Shown here: positions 16,360 through 27,600 of the stretch, one piece after another
Layout: each line of letters opens with the position of its first letter
Numbering within the stretch: position 1 is the stretch's first letter
NCBI GenBank assembly: GCA_965645245.1
Contig: OZ287075.1
Coordinates: 682,001-746,000, forward strand
Source: Massalongia carnosa
Taxonomy: Eukaryota
Length of the DNA: 64,000 nt
Reading direction: 5' to 3'
The notes under the pieces: generated by a model
The model's input: only the letters and a program-made list of their open reading frames with translations
What the model was told of the DNA's origin: nothing
Database searches by the model: none
Position numbers and translations under genes: made by a program

Positions 16360-16577
16360 AAGGATTTACTCAAGATGTCTCTTGCATGTCTGTAGTTTTA
16401 TTTAAGAATTCCGCTATTGGTCGCTACACACCTTCGTTATGCTGCTATATCCTCCATATCATTCTACTCTATCCCCCCCCCCAAACTCCCTTCCCCCGGG
16501 GATTCTCGAAATTATAAACTTTCACCGGTCAAATCTCCCGAATCTCAACTTTTGGTATTCACACAAATCTTCCTTTT

Positions 16578-17552
16578 TGTAATACGGATGGCGCTAGAAG
16601 GATACGTGATCGCCTACGGCGGTTGCGGGATTAACTAGCATGAGCCAGGCCGTAGTACTTAGTCGCACAGCCGTCGAGGTTGACACGACGCCACCTTGCC
16701 ACACAACTCCGAATTAGTTGTTACTACGTTCTAGACTGCTTACAGATCAAACACCTGTCGAGGCCGTGGTGGTAGATTGCCATGGAGTAAGGCGAACTCC
16801 TGTGGAGAAGCCGTGAACTCTATATGGAATCTACTGGCCTACTCGGAGCTACTCGATCTCTTGATGGATCAAGAGTTGTAGCAGGAGGCACGGCTAGCTG
16901 GACGCAGCTTGAGCTCGGCCTCCCCGGTGTAAACTTCAGCTTCAACCTTTATTGCTACGTTGGTAGTGATGTCGGCTGAATCAACCTACATGACCTTGTG
17001 GTCTAGACCTTGTGTCTAGAGGCAGGTCCGCAGTGTAGATAGAGATTCAGTCGGAGGTAACCTTCCATCGCTACGTTGGTAGTGGTGACGGCGAAATGAA
17101 GCTACATAGCCTCGGCGTCTAGACTTTATGTTTAGAGGCAGGCTAGCAATGTAGTGAGGGATCTAGCCGGAGGTAGAAGTGTTCTACCTTGCAAGGGAAG
17201 GTCTAGAAGGCTGGTCGAGGCTGACTAGATGATCCAGCGAACGCCGAGTTCGTAGATGGATCCTGAGGGATGGTTAGATGTAAGACGATAAGGTCAGAAG
17301 TGGGTTGCAAGGCTCCTAAGGTTCCAAGGCTCCCAAGGCTATAGGCTTGGGGTGAGTAGGATAAATACCAGAACGAATCCTGTAGTATTCGTTAGCAATA
17401 AGTCTTTATTCTATGAACAACCTACGTTTGGGTCTCGGACGAGATCTCTTGGTCTAAGCACTTCCACATCCATTAGTTTTTTGGATCACGTATACTCTCG
17501 GAGACCAGCACGTAGTAGCTATCTTAGCTTACTGGTCTCGTAGCCCATTACA
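16578..17552. mobile_element. Solo LTR, family A (975 bp)
   Basis: TGTAAT...ATTACA termini, 5-bp TSD CTTTT, near-identical second copy at 44764-45782. Confidence 0.92.
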
Positions 17553-17789
17553 CTTTTCTCCATCCTGTCAATTCCATCTCTAACCTGCACTCTCCATCTC
17601 GTCACAACAAATAACAAACAGCAGAAAGCCGAGATCCTCGTCCCTTTGACTTGAGGAGAGCGAACAAAGCAGGATGAGGTAGAGATGTATGCATAAAGAG
17701 CCAATTCCGAAAGGCTTCAACAGCGGTAAAATAAAAGGAGTGGTGTTCGGAGCTCTGATCTCGAGTGTTTCAGCCGTGTTTGCTATGTA

Positions 17790-17822
17790 CAGTCACGTGC
17801 CAAAAGTCTGCGGCCCAACCCG
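17790..17822 (+). mobile_element. Possible left terminal inverted repeat of a Tc1/mariner-type element (partner not in window)
   Basis: TA followed by CAGTCACGTGCCAAAAGTCTGCGG resembles Tc1-type ends; no matching inverted copy was found. Confidence 0.3.
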
Positions 17823-17862
17823 TGATTTTTGTGATTTCGCGTTTTCAACTCATCAGCCCCTA

Positions 17863-17908
17863 TGTTGAATATATTGAACACCTAGTAGTTTAATGAACAT
17901 AGCACTTA
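17863..17908 (+). mobile_element. Degenerate fragment related to the Copia LTR at 49970
   Basis: TGTTGAATAT...TGAACACCTAgtAGTTtAATGAACATAGCAC matches the start of the LTR at 49970-50030. Confidence 0.5.
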
Positions 17909-18238
17909 TATACAAGCGTACGCCGCGCAACGGGTTGGGTTTTCGCTACAAAATTGCTTTTTCGCTATCGGGGTTTTCTTTCAAAACTCAATCCGAACAT
18001 CAAAAATCATAGGGTTCGCCACAAACGGGTTGAGTTTTCAGTACAGAGGTTGACACCGAAAGTCCTGATAATACGCTAATATGAAGCTAGTACTAGTGTC
18101 TTGGCAGATTATAGTGCCGAATTCTGGAATTTCTAGTCATCTACCTCGTCATCGCTACTATTGTCATGAAACGGCTTCGAACCAAAAGGATCTCGGCCTT
18201 ATCCCTAGTTGCCCCCTCTATCCTGTCCCTACCTACCG

Positions 18239-18398
18239 TACCGCAGGTTCATTGGAGCTACCGCAGGTTCATTGGACCTAACGCAGGTTCATTGGACCTA
18301 ACGCAGGTTCATTGGAACTACCGCGGGTTCATTGGACCTACCGCGGGTTCATTGGACCTACCGCAGGTTCATTAGACCTACCACAGCTTCATTGGTCA
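18239..18398. repeat. Eight 20-bp tandem repeats (TACCGCAGGTTCATTGGACC consensus) inside the chromovirus 1 LTR; repeated in the 3' LTR at about 24430-24589
   Basis: Read directly; head-to-tail units with no spacers. Confidence 0.95.
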
Positions 18399-18778
18399 GT
18401 GCGCGCTGTTCCAACCTTTCTCGATGCGGTTAGATCGAGTACGGCTCCGCCTCCGATCTTCGAAACCATAATTACCCGGTCCCTATTAGGTGTCTTCGTA
18501 TTAACTTAGGAAAAGGAGATGAATAGGAGACATCGAAGATCAAGGAAACAAAGGGGTAAGGAGGTGAGGAATAGATATAAAAGAAGGGGTCGAGTCTCGA
18601 AAGTTCTGGCGCCTTGTCCGACGTCTTGAATAGCCAATCTAGCCTAGCTGTAGCTATAGACTCAGTCAATTAGAAAGCTTGACCATCCAATCCAGTCCCT
18701 TGACATTTCGTCGGACCTATCCCTTAAAAAGTGCCTTCCATAACACTTTTCTCCATCCATTCCTTTTTCAACCCAGCC

Positions 18779-19957
18779 ATGTCTTCTCAGGAAGAAAACC
18801 CCCCTCATCAGGACGAGCGTGTGAGATTTGTTCAGGAACGTCTTCAATCCAACCCTCAACAGTTCTTGAACGAAATGGAAGCCATGTCGAACGAATTAGC
18901 TCAGCTTCGCGCCGCTGCCAAAACCCCATCCCCGTCCGCTTCCGATCCCCCCGTCTCGACTCTCAACCCAGCTCTCGCCCCATCCTTGGATCCCCAGATA
19001 GCTGCCCTGATGAAGCTACTCCTAGCCAGGAACCCCGAACCACGTTTAGAAAAGCTCCCAGATATTCCGGAATACGACGGGGACGAAGCTCGACTGGACG
19101 CCTGGGAACAAAGCCTCATTCAGCGAATGCATATAAACAATGATCGCTATCCCTCCGACGAATCCAAAATCGCGTATGCAGAAAATCGACTAATCATCGG
19201 AAAAAAGGCTCACAACCTCATGAACTCCTATCGAGTTGACGGCCTTTGCACACTGACCTCCTTCTCCGACTGGCGATTCGCTCTTCGTCGTGCCTGTGGC
19301 AACCCCTACGAACAAGAAGATGCTCGAAAATATCTCCGAGAAACGTTGAAACAGGGCAGTATGAGCTTTGAGGAATACTATAACCTGTTCTCCCAAAAGA
19401 AGGATCGCTCGAGAATGGAGGACGCCTCTCTGATTGACGCTATGAAGACAAACGTCAACTATTCAACTCAGTCAGCGGCCCTCATGTATCGGGTTCCGGG
19501 TACCAATCGACAACCGATTACCTTCGATGAACACGTCACCATGTGGTTGGAGACGGACCGCGGCCTGCGTCAAATTCGTCACCTCGCCCCTAAATCCTCC
19601 AACAATACCGCGGGACTCAATGCTTCGGCCGCCATCACCTCAACGTCCCGAAAGGGACAATCAACCAATCAGCCCTCGGCAGTCAGAGCTGCTTCTGTCC
19701 CCTCCTCTTCCACCCCCCCGGCACCTCTGCCCGTCGGCGACCCGATGGATCTTAGCTCTGCTATGGCCGCAGTCAAGGGCCATTCACTAAAAACCGAGGG
19801 AGTTAGGAAGATTTGCGAAGACTGGAAGCCCTGTTTTTATTGCAAGCGCCAGCATCCCGGGAAGTCAGCCATTGACTGTCACAATAAAAAATCAACTCAC
19901 CTTCGAACCATGGATCTCATCCCCGAGGGGCCTGATAACAATCAGGAAAAAGCCTAG
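18779..19957 (+). CDS. gag: Gag of chromovirus 1
   Basis: KLPDIPEYDG, GDPMDLS, zinc knuckle CFYCKRQHPGKSAIDC. Confidence 0.9.
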   Translation: MSSQEENPPHQDERVRFVQERLQSNPQQFLNEMEAMSNELAQLRAAAKTPSPSASDPPVSTLNPALAPSLDPQIAALMKLLLARNPEPRLEKLPDIPEYDGDEARLDAWEQSLIQRMHINNDRYPSDESKIAYAENRLIIGKKAHNLMNSYRVDGLCTLTSFSDWRFALRRACGNPYEQEDARKYLRETLKQGSMSFEEYYNLFSQKKDRSRMEDASLIDAMKTNVNYSTQSAALMYRVPGTNRQPITFDEHVTMWLETDRGLRQIRHLAPKSSNNTAGLNASAAITSTSRKGQSTNQPSAVRAASVPSSSTPPAPLPVGDPMDLSSAMAAVKGHSLKTEGVRKICEDWKPCFYCKRQHPGKSAIDCHNKKSTHLRTMDLIPEGPDNNQEKA

Positions 19958-22900
19958 TCCCTGCGCTTAGTCGCGTGCAGGGACCTCCCGTTTTCATCTC
20001 TTCTTGTTTGATGGCCGACTCATTTTCCCCTTTTCTAAGGTCTAATACTCGTTTTTCCGTAGCGTCCGCTTTGGAGCTGTTCGAATCAGATAAAACGTTC
20101 AAAGACAGCCACATGGTAGTTGCCTGTACTTTACGTTTATCTAGATTCAGAATTAAAACATTTAACCTTGTCGATTGTGGTGCATCTGGCTACTCATTTA
20201 TTGATGAAAACTTTGCGCAAACTCATCAAATCCCTCTTCATCCCCTCAAATATCCTCGACGCCTTGAAGGATTTGACGGCCAGGCAGCCCTGTCCGGAAA
20301 CATCACCAAGGTGGCCGAAATTATCATGGACCTAGAAGGTCATGTAGAAAGATTATTTCTATTTGTCACCGGATTAAAACATTACCCAATTGTCCTGGGT
20401 CACCCATGGCTTCGACGGCACAATGCTGTAGCTGATTTTGGAAACAATACCCTCACCTTTGCCTCTCCTTTCTGCCTCACTCATTGTTGCCCCCATCCTG
20501 TCAAGATTCATGCCATCGAGGAAGAATTCCTCACCCCAGTCGAAAGTCAGAAAGTCAGGGAGGCTGAGGATGTCAACTCAGTCAAGAAAGTTTTCGAAGA
20601 CATCACGTCCATGCAAATTATCAGTACGTCGAAAACTTTCCTAAAACAAGAGGAAAAAAATACCTCTTCAACTAAACAAATCGAGCCCAAAATCGAAACC
20701 CCCCTCGAGCCCCTATCAAATGATGAACCGAGCCGTATCGAGAAGACAATTCAGCAAGGACTCACTCCGAAAATTCGATATAGAAGTCCTTCTTCACTTC
20801 GTACATCTACTCAAAGACGTGCCGAACAGAAAGCACGCAAAAACATCCCTAGCCTGCAGCTAAACGTCTGCGAAATCGAAGCCGCCTCCTTCAACCGACT
20901 AAGCCGGAAGAAAAATCACGATATCTTTGTTCTTTCGATGAAAGAAATCGATCGCTTCTTAGGAATGGAAGCCTCACCTAGCCCAGTTCCCAGTCTAGCC
21001 CTCAATCAAAGTCCCAGCCTAGTTATCAATTCTAGTCCCAGCCCAAGTTATCAACCATTGTCCCCCCAGTCGAGTCTCAGTGAAAAGGAAATCCATCTAG
21101 CCCTATTCAAAATGAATAAAGCCCTAACCTTGCACGCAACCGTTACCCAGGAGGAATTAGACGAATATCGGGAAAGAAAAAACGTCGATCCAGCTCCTTT
21201 TCTGCCCAAGCAATATCACGACTTCCTAGATGTTTTTTCAAAGAAAAACTCCGACATCCTACCCGATCACCGCCCGTACGATCATGCCATCAAGTTAAAA
21301 GAAGGCACTCAGGCCCCTAGTCAGGCTCTTTATAGAATGAGTCGCAATGAAATCGAGGAGCTTCGTCGCTATCTAGATGAGAATTTAGCCAAAGGATTTA
21401 TTAGAGCTAGTCGCTCTCACGCTGCCTCACCAGTAATGTTCGTCAAAAAGCCTGGAGGAGGACTTCGCTTTTGTGTTGACTATCGAGGCCTAAATGCCAT
21501 CACGATAAAGAATCGCTATCCGCTACCTCTGATCGCCGAGACACTAAATCGATTGTCTAGAGCCAAGATTTTCACCAAGCTAGACATCATCGCCGCCTTC
21601 AACAGGCTTCGAATAAAAGAAGGAGATAAAGAACTCACCGCATTTTGCACTCGTTTTGGCCTGTTCGAGTCTCTGGTCCTGCCATTCGGTCTGTGCAACG
21701 GACCCGCCTCTTTTCAACATTTTATCAATGACACCCTTCGCGAGTATCTTGACGACTTCTGCACGGCCTATTTAGATGACATTCTCATCTACAGCGATAA
21801 TGAGCTAGAACACGAGACACACGTCAAGAAAATACTCTCCAGACTTCGAGACGCTGGTCTGCAGGCCGATATCACCAAGTGCAAATTTCACGTGACCGAA
21901 ATTGCATACCTAGGGCTGATTGTGACCACAAAGGGAATAAAGATGGACCTAGCCAAAGTGGAAACCGTCACGAACTGGCCAATTCCCGTCAATGTGAAAG
22001 ACGTGCAAAGCTTTTTGGGATTTGCTAACTTTTATAGACGATTCGTGTATGAATTTAGCAACATAGCCGGCCCCCTAACCAATCTGACCAAAAAGGAAAC
22101 GGAATTTCGATGGACTGAAAAATGTCAAACCGCTTTCGAAATCTTGAAAAAAGCCTTCACCTCTGACGTTATATTGAGACATTTCGATCCGGATCGTCCA
22201 ATAGTCGTAGAAACCGACGCCTCCGACTATGTGTCGGGTGGCATTCTTTCTCAGTATGATGATAAGGGAGTGCTTCATCCTGTCGCCTACTTTTCCAGAA
22301 AACACAATCCGGCTGAATGCAACTATGAGATATATGACAAAGAATTAATGGCAATTGTTCGATGTTTTGAAGAATGGAGATCAGAATTGGAAGGATCTGC
22401 ATTTCCCATTAACGTCATATCTGATCATAAAAACCTCGAATACTTTGCCTCGACCAAACAACTCAGTCGTCGTCAGGCCAGGTGGAGTGAATTTCTTTCT
22501 CGTTTTGACTTCAAGATAGTCTACCGACCAGGAAAAGCGGGAGGAAAACCGGACGCTTTGACTCGACGATCAGGAGATCTTCCTAAAGAAGGGGATGATA
22601 CGGACGATCGAAGGAAATATCAGTATCAAACTATTCTAAAAACCGAAAACCTAGACGAGGAAATCGCAAAAAGCTATCTTTCTTCCATTCTTCTAGCCCC
22701 AGCCTTTCTAAATGACGAAGAACCTCAGCTAGACGAGGGCCCAATCAATCTAGATGAGGATATTCCTACTCAGCTTCTTTGGGAAGAAGCCCTCGCACGA
22801 GATCAATTCGCACCCAGAATTCTAGAAGCTCTTCGCAATAACGAAAGATATCATAATCAAATTCAGCTAGCAGAATGCGAAGACAGAGAAGGTGTCCTAT

Positions 22901-24312
22901 ATTTTCGGAATAAGAAATATGTGCCTCGATCAGACCGCCTACGACTTCGTATCATTCAACTTGCCCACGATAGCGTCGCCGGAGGACATCCAGGCCGTTC
23001 CAAATGTCACGAATTAGTAAATCGAACACATTGGTGGCCTAGTATGCATCAGTCCATCAAAAGATTTATTCGGAATTGCCACACCTGCAAAAGATCAAAA
23101 CCATCTCGTCAGCGTTATCAAGGCTGGCTGCGTCCGCTACCCCCTCCAGAACGTAGATGGCGTGATGTCTCCATGGATTATGTAGGACCACTGACTCCCA
23201 GCACCTTTATGGGAATCACCTATCGCTATGTCTTAGTGTTTATAGACCGTCTTTCCAAAATGCGACACTTTGTCCCCACAGCAACCATGGAAGTTGAAGA
23301 AGCGGCCAATTCTTTCTATCAGAATGTCTGGAAATTGCATGGCCTTCCCGATGTCCTAGTCTCCGACCGCGGCTCTCAGTTTACCTCCGACTTCTGGGAA
23401 CTGATGTGCAAAAGGTTGAAAATCGATGCCAAACTTTCCACTGGTTATCATCCTGAGACTGATGGACAAACCGAAAGAGCTAATGCCACTATGGAGCATT
23501 ATCTTAGGGCTTATGTCAACTACATGCAAGATGACTGGGCACAATGGCTTCCCGGCGCCGAATTCGCTAGCAATAACACCGACTCTTCTAGTATTCTAGC
23601 CTCCCCCTTCCTAGCCAACTTCGGACAACATCCTCGTGTGGGATTTGAACCGGAGGAACCGTTACCTCAAGACCTGACCGCTCAGGGAAGGGCAAACCTG
23701 ATTGCAGCCAATCAGTTTGTGGACAAAATGCAGGACATCGATACTCATCTCCGAGACGAAATGCTAATGGCACAAGCATCTTATGAATCAACCGCAAATG
23801 CTAATCGACGTCCCGGCCCCCGCTATTTCGTAGGAGATATGGTATGGCTAAGCACCAGAAACATCCAGACCGCCCGCCCAACAGTTAAATTGGACGATCG
23901 AAACATCGGTCCCTATCGGGTCAGCAAGGTTTTTTCCAACCCACTGATTGTTCAAATCGAACTTTCCGATACCGTCAAAATTCATCCCGTTTTTCACGTC
24001 AATCTATTGCAACACGACGCCAATGACAAGCTTCCCGGACAAATACCGGAGCCTCAAAACCCCGTTATTGCTGAAGACGGCCAGCGAGAATGGTATGTAA
24101 ATAGCATTCTGAATTCCAAACTTGATCGACGTTTCCAACCCCCACTTCTGAAGTATCTTGTCGGCTGGGAAGGACACGCCTCCACCTGGGAACCATTCAA
24201 CTACATCACCAACTGTCAGCAAGCCCTAGACGAGTATCATCAAGCTTACCCCAACGCCGCTGGCCCTCATCTCACCCCGTGCCAAATTCCTCGTTGTCGG
24301 TGTCGTGATTAA
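19945..24312 (+). CDS. pol: Pol of chromovirus 1 (protease-RT-RNaseH-integrase-chromodomain), -1 frame relative to gag, uninterrupted
   Basis: VDCGASG, LRFCVDYRGLN, YLDDILI, ETDASD, HDSVAGGH...CHTC, VSDRGSQF, HPETDGQTER, GPY, WYVNSIL...YLVGWEG; 1445-aa ORF 19975-24312. Confidence 0.95.
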   Translation, partial: GKSLVPALSRVQGPPVFISSCLMADSFSPFLRSNTRFSVASALELFESDKTFKDSHMVVACTLRLSRFRIKTFNLVDCGASGYSFIDENFAQTHQIPLHPLKYPRRLEGFDGQAALSGNITKVAEIIMDLEGHVERLFLFVTGLKHYPIVLGHPWLRRHNAVADFGNNTLTFASPFCLTHCCPHPVKIHAIEEEFLTPVESQKVREAEDVNSVKKVFEDITSMQIISTSKTFLKQEEKNTSSTKQIEPKIETPLEPLSNDEPSRIEKTIQQGLTPKIRYRSPSSLRTSTQRRAEQKARKNIPSLQLNVCEIEAASFNRLSRKKNHDIFVLSMKEIDRFLGMEASPSPVPSLALNQSPSLVINSSPSPSYQPLSPQSSLSEKEIHLALFKMNKALTLHATVTQEELDEYRERKNVDPAPFLPKQYHDFLDVFSKKNSDILPDHRPYDHAIKLKEGTQAPSQALYRMSRNEIEELRRYLDENLAKGFIRASRSHAASPVMFVKKPGGGLRFCVDYRGLNAITIKNRYPLPLIAETLNRLSRAKIFTKLDIIAAFNRLRIKEGDKELTAFCTRFGLFESLVLPFGLCNGPASFQHFINDTLREYLDDFCTAYLDDILIYSDNELEHETHVKKILSRLRDAGLQADITKCKFHVTEIAYLGLIVTTKGIKMDLAKVETVTNWPIPVNVKDVQSFLGFANFYRRFVYEFSNIAGPLTNLTKKETEFRWTEKCQTAFEILKKAFTSDVILRHFDPDRPIVVETDASDYVSGGILSQYDDKGVLHPVAYFSRKHNPAECNYEIYDKELMAIVRCFEEWRSELEGSAFPINVISDHKNLEYFASTKQLSRRQARWSEFLSRFDFKIVYRPGKAGGKPDALTRRSGDLPKEGDDTDDRRKYQYQTILKTENLDEEIAKSYLSSILLAPAFLNDEEPQLDEGPINLDEDIPTQLLWEEALARDQFAPRILEALRNNERYHNQIQLAECEDREGVLYFRNKKYVPRSDRLRLRIIQLAHDSVAGGHPGRSKCHELVNRTHWWPSMHQSIKRFIRNCHTCKRSKPSRQRYQGWLRPLPPPERRWRDVSMDYVGPLTPSTFMGITYRYVLVFIDRLSKMRHFVPTATMEVEEAANSFYQNVWKLHGLPDVLVSDRGSQFTSDFWELMCKRLKIDAKLSTGYHPETDGQTERANATMEHYLRAYVNYMQDDWAQWLPGAEFASNNTDSSSILASPFLANFGQHPRVGFEPEEPLPQDLTAQGRANLIAANQFVDKMQDIDTHLRDEMLMAQASYESTANANRRPGPRYFVGDMVWLSTRNIQTARPTVKLDDRNIGPYRVSKVFSNPLIVQIELSDTVKIHPVFHVNLLQHDANDKLPGQIPEPQNPVIAEDGQREWYVNSILNSKLDRRFQPPLLKYLVGWEGHASTWEPFNYITNCQQALDEYHQAYPNAAGPHLTPCQIPRCRCRD

Positions 24313-24654
24313 AATTGCATCGCAGGAGCTCTGCCTTTGAGAGGGGAGCTACTGTCATGAAACGGCTTCGAACCAAAAGGATCTCGGCCTTATCCCTAGT
24401 TGCCCCCTCTATCCTGTCCCTACCTACCGTACCGCAGGTTCATTGGAGCTACCGCGGGTTCATTGGACCTAACGCAGGTTCATTGGACCTAACGCAGGTT
24501 CATTGGAACTACCGCGGGTTCATTGGACCTACCGCGGGTTCATTGGACCTACCGCAGGTTCATTAGACCTACCACAGCTTCATTGGTCAGTGCGCGCTGT
24601 TCCAACCTTTCTCGATGCGGTTAGATCGAGTACGGCTCCGCCTCCGATCTTCGA

Positions 24655-27600
24655 TGTCATGGAGTGACTGGGCACCTGCCAGTTAGTTCATTGAACCAAC
24701 CTTAGCTGCTTGAACGAAGCACTAGCCGGCTAGCCGATCCGAAAGGAACTAAGCTTAATCCGGTTTAGTCAGGGCAAAGGTAAGTGTTCCGGCTGAAGGT
24801 AAGTGTTCGGACTGTCATAGCGATAGTTTCATGCCAGGGACTTGGGAAATTGGATCAACGGCTGGATTGGGACTGGTTCCGTTCGCCAGGGTCTTATACT
24901 CGCCCACCTTGGATTTTCTGTTTCTTTTCTCCTTGTCGAACGTCTTGTCCACCTAGCTAGACAATCAAGTAATACGTTTGCACCATCTGAATTTCTACCT
25001 GACCTCGCACCGTGACACTACGTTCGACCAGCCTATTCACCTGGTGCATCATCATCATGTCTATCAACCTCGACCCCCCCACCGCCGTTTCCAATGCCAA
25101 CGAACTGAGCAGTGCCGTGCAGCAACACCCACAAGCATGGCTCGATTTCCTTCTTCGCATCACCAACTTCGCGTCCAACGCTCAGGAAATCATCACCACC
25201 TTAGAGACCGACAAAGCAACCGCACTATCTTCCCTTGAACAGGCTAACGTCACTCTGACCGAGAATTCAATCACCATGGCCGCCGGACAGGCTGTTCTAG
25301 ACGAACTCCGCACCAACCTTGCCGATGCATCCTCGCAGTCTAAATCACACCGCTCCACTAAGCATCCAGACCCCTCTCTCTTTGGTGGCGACAAAGCAGA
25401 ACTTCGAGGATGGATGACACAACTCCGGATCAAGCTAAACATCAACAAGGACCATTATCCCACCGAGCAAAGCAAGCTGGCTTATGCGCTAAGCCGCTTG
25501 AAGGAAAAAGCTTTGGAACAAATGCAGCCGTACCTAGAAAGAGATGGAAACATTGCCCTTGTCGATATGAACGCGTTCTATACCAAACTGCAATTGGCCT
25601 TCGGTGATCCTGATAGAAAAGCAACAGCACAAAGGGAACTGCGACAGCTTCGACAAAAGAATAAAGAGTTCTACTTATATCTATCCGACTATCAGCGCCT
25701 CGTTCCCGACACAGGCTTCGACGATGAAGCCAAACGATCGATTCTTCTGGACGGTCTCAGCGATGAGTTAAAATCCGCTCTAATCACGGTAGACCTACNN
25801 NNNNNNNNNNNNNNNNNNNNNNNNNNNNNNNNNNNNNNNNNNNNNNNNNNNNNNNNNNNNNNNNNNNNNNNNNNNNNNNNNNNNNNNNNNNNNNNNNNNN
25901 NNNNNNNNNNNNNNNNNNNNNNNNNNNNNNNNNNNNNNNNNNNNNNNNNNNNNNNNNNNNNNNNNNNNNNNNNNNNNNNNNNNNNNNNNNNNNNNNNNCG
26001 CCCCCATGAAGAAACCTCGTATTCTTGAACTCGCAGACAGTCGTCCCGTATCGTCTGGAAAACTTACCCACCTTGCTCGTCTGAACCTTGACATCGCCTC
26101 CCACTCCGAACCCGCCAACCTTCTCGTTACCAGTCTCGGTCATTATCCTATCGTTCTCGGCATTAAATGGCTACAAGTCCACGACGTCAGCATACGATGG
26201 GCCATGAACTCTCTCACTTTCAACTCACCTTACTGCCGTCAGCACTGTCTTGACAACTCCGAGTCAAATACGGTGATAGGCATAACCAACGTTCCTGAAC
26301 TTCGCGCGGAAAAGCCCCTCGTCGTTGAAAGTATCGCTAGTCCCGACACGACTGCGCCAATCATCGCTCATAACACTAGTCCCGAGGCGGTTAGATTTAA
26401 CAGGCCCGGCCGGTTAAATCTGCGCGTCAACTCTAATGCGGTCGCGTCCGCCGCCCCTTCGCCTATCTTGTCTTCGACCTTACCCGTTCCGTCCCCGCTC
26501 GTTCCGCCGCCGACCAATCAGAGTCCACCATTGAGCATATGTATGATAGGGGCCGCCCCCTTTACCCGTCTAGCAAAGAAAAAAGAGTGTGAACTCTTTA
26601 CCGTGAACATGAGAGATATCGAGCGTGCCTTGAACCCTAAACCGGAAATTGACCCTGCTACAGTGTTGCCACAGGAATATCATGAATTTCTTGATGTATT
26701 TTCCAAGAAAGAAGCTGATAAACTTCCTGAGCCACGTAGCTATGATCATAAAATTCCATTGATGGAAGGAAAGGAACCCACGTATGGCCCGTTATACGGC
26801 ATGAGTCGAGACGAACTGTTAGTTCTACAGAAGTATCTCACGGAAAACCTGAAGAAAGGTTTTATTCGATCCAGTTCTTCCCCCGCTGCGTCCCCGGTGT
26901 TCGTTAGGAAACCAGGCGGAGGCCTGCGTTTTTGTGTTGATTACAGAGCATTAAATGCGATAACGATCAAGAACAGATACCCCCTACCTTTGATCAGAGA
27001 AACCTTGGACCGCTTGAGTAAGGCAGTTGTCTTTACTAAGTTGGATATTGTCGCGGCTTTCAACCGTCTCCGTGTAACTCATGGAGAGGAATGGAAAACT
27101 GCCTTTCGAACACGTTATGGATTATTCGAATATCTCGTCATGCCATTTGGGCTCTGTGGAGCGCCATCCTCGTTTCAGGAGTACATTAATGATGTACTTC
27201 GTGAATATCTAGACATCTTCTGCACCGCGTACATCGATGACATATTGATTTACAGCAATTCCATGAGCGAACACAAGGGTCATGTGAGAAAAGTACTAAC
27301 GGCCTTACGGAAGGCCGGACTACAACTCGACATCTCAAAGTGTGAATTCCATGTCACGGAGACCATTTATTTAGGGTTGATAATATCCAAAGATGGTATA
27401 AGAATGGACCCTAACAAAATTGAGACAATTCAGAATTGGAACACCCCCGAGAATCTAAAAGACGTGCAGGCTTTCATAGGATTCGCGAATTTCTATCGTC
27501 GATTTGTCAAGGGTTTCTCTCGTATAGCCGGACCATTGACTGCTATGTCACAAAAGAAGACATCATTCGTATGGACCGCTGACTGCGCCAGGGCCTTCGA

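Noticed and set aside
18239..18398. CRISPR-like array of 20-bp repeats
   Set aside because: Units are head-to-tail with no spacers, lie inside an LTR, and no cas genes are present in this eukaryotic sequence.
25784..26143. ORFs containing poly-X
   Set aside because: Artefacts of translating the N gap.
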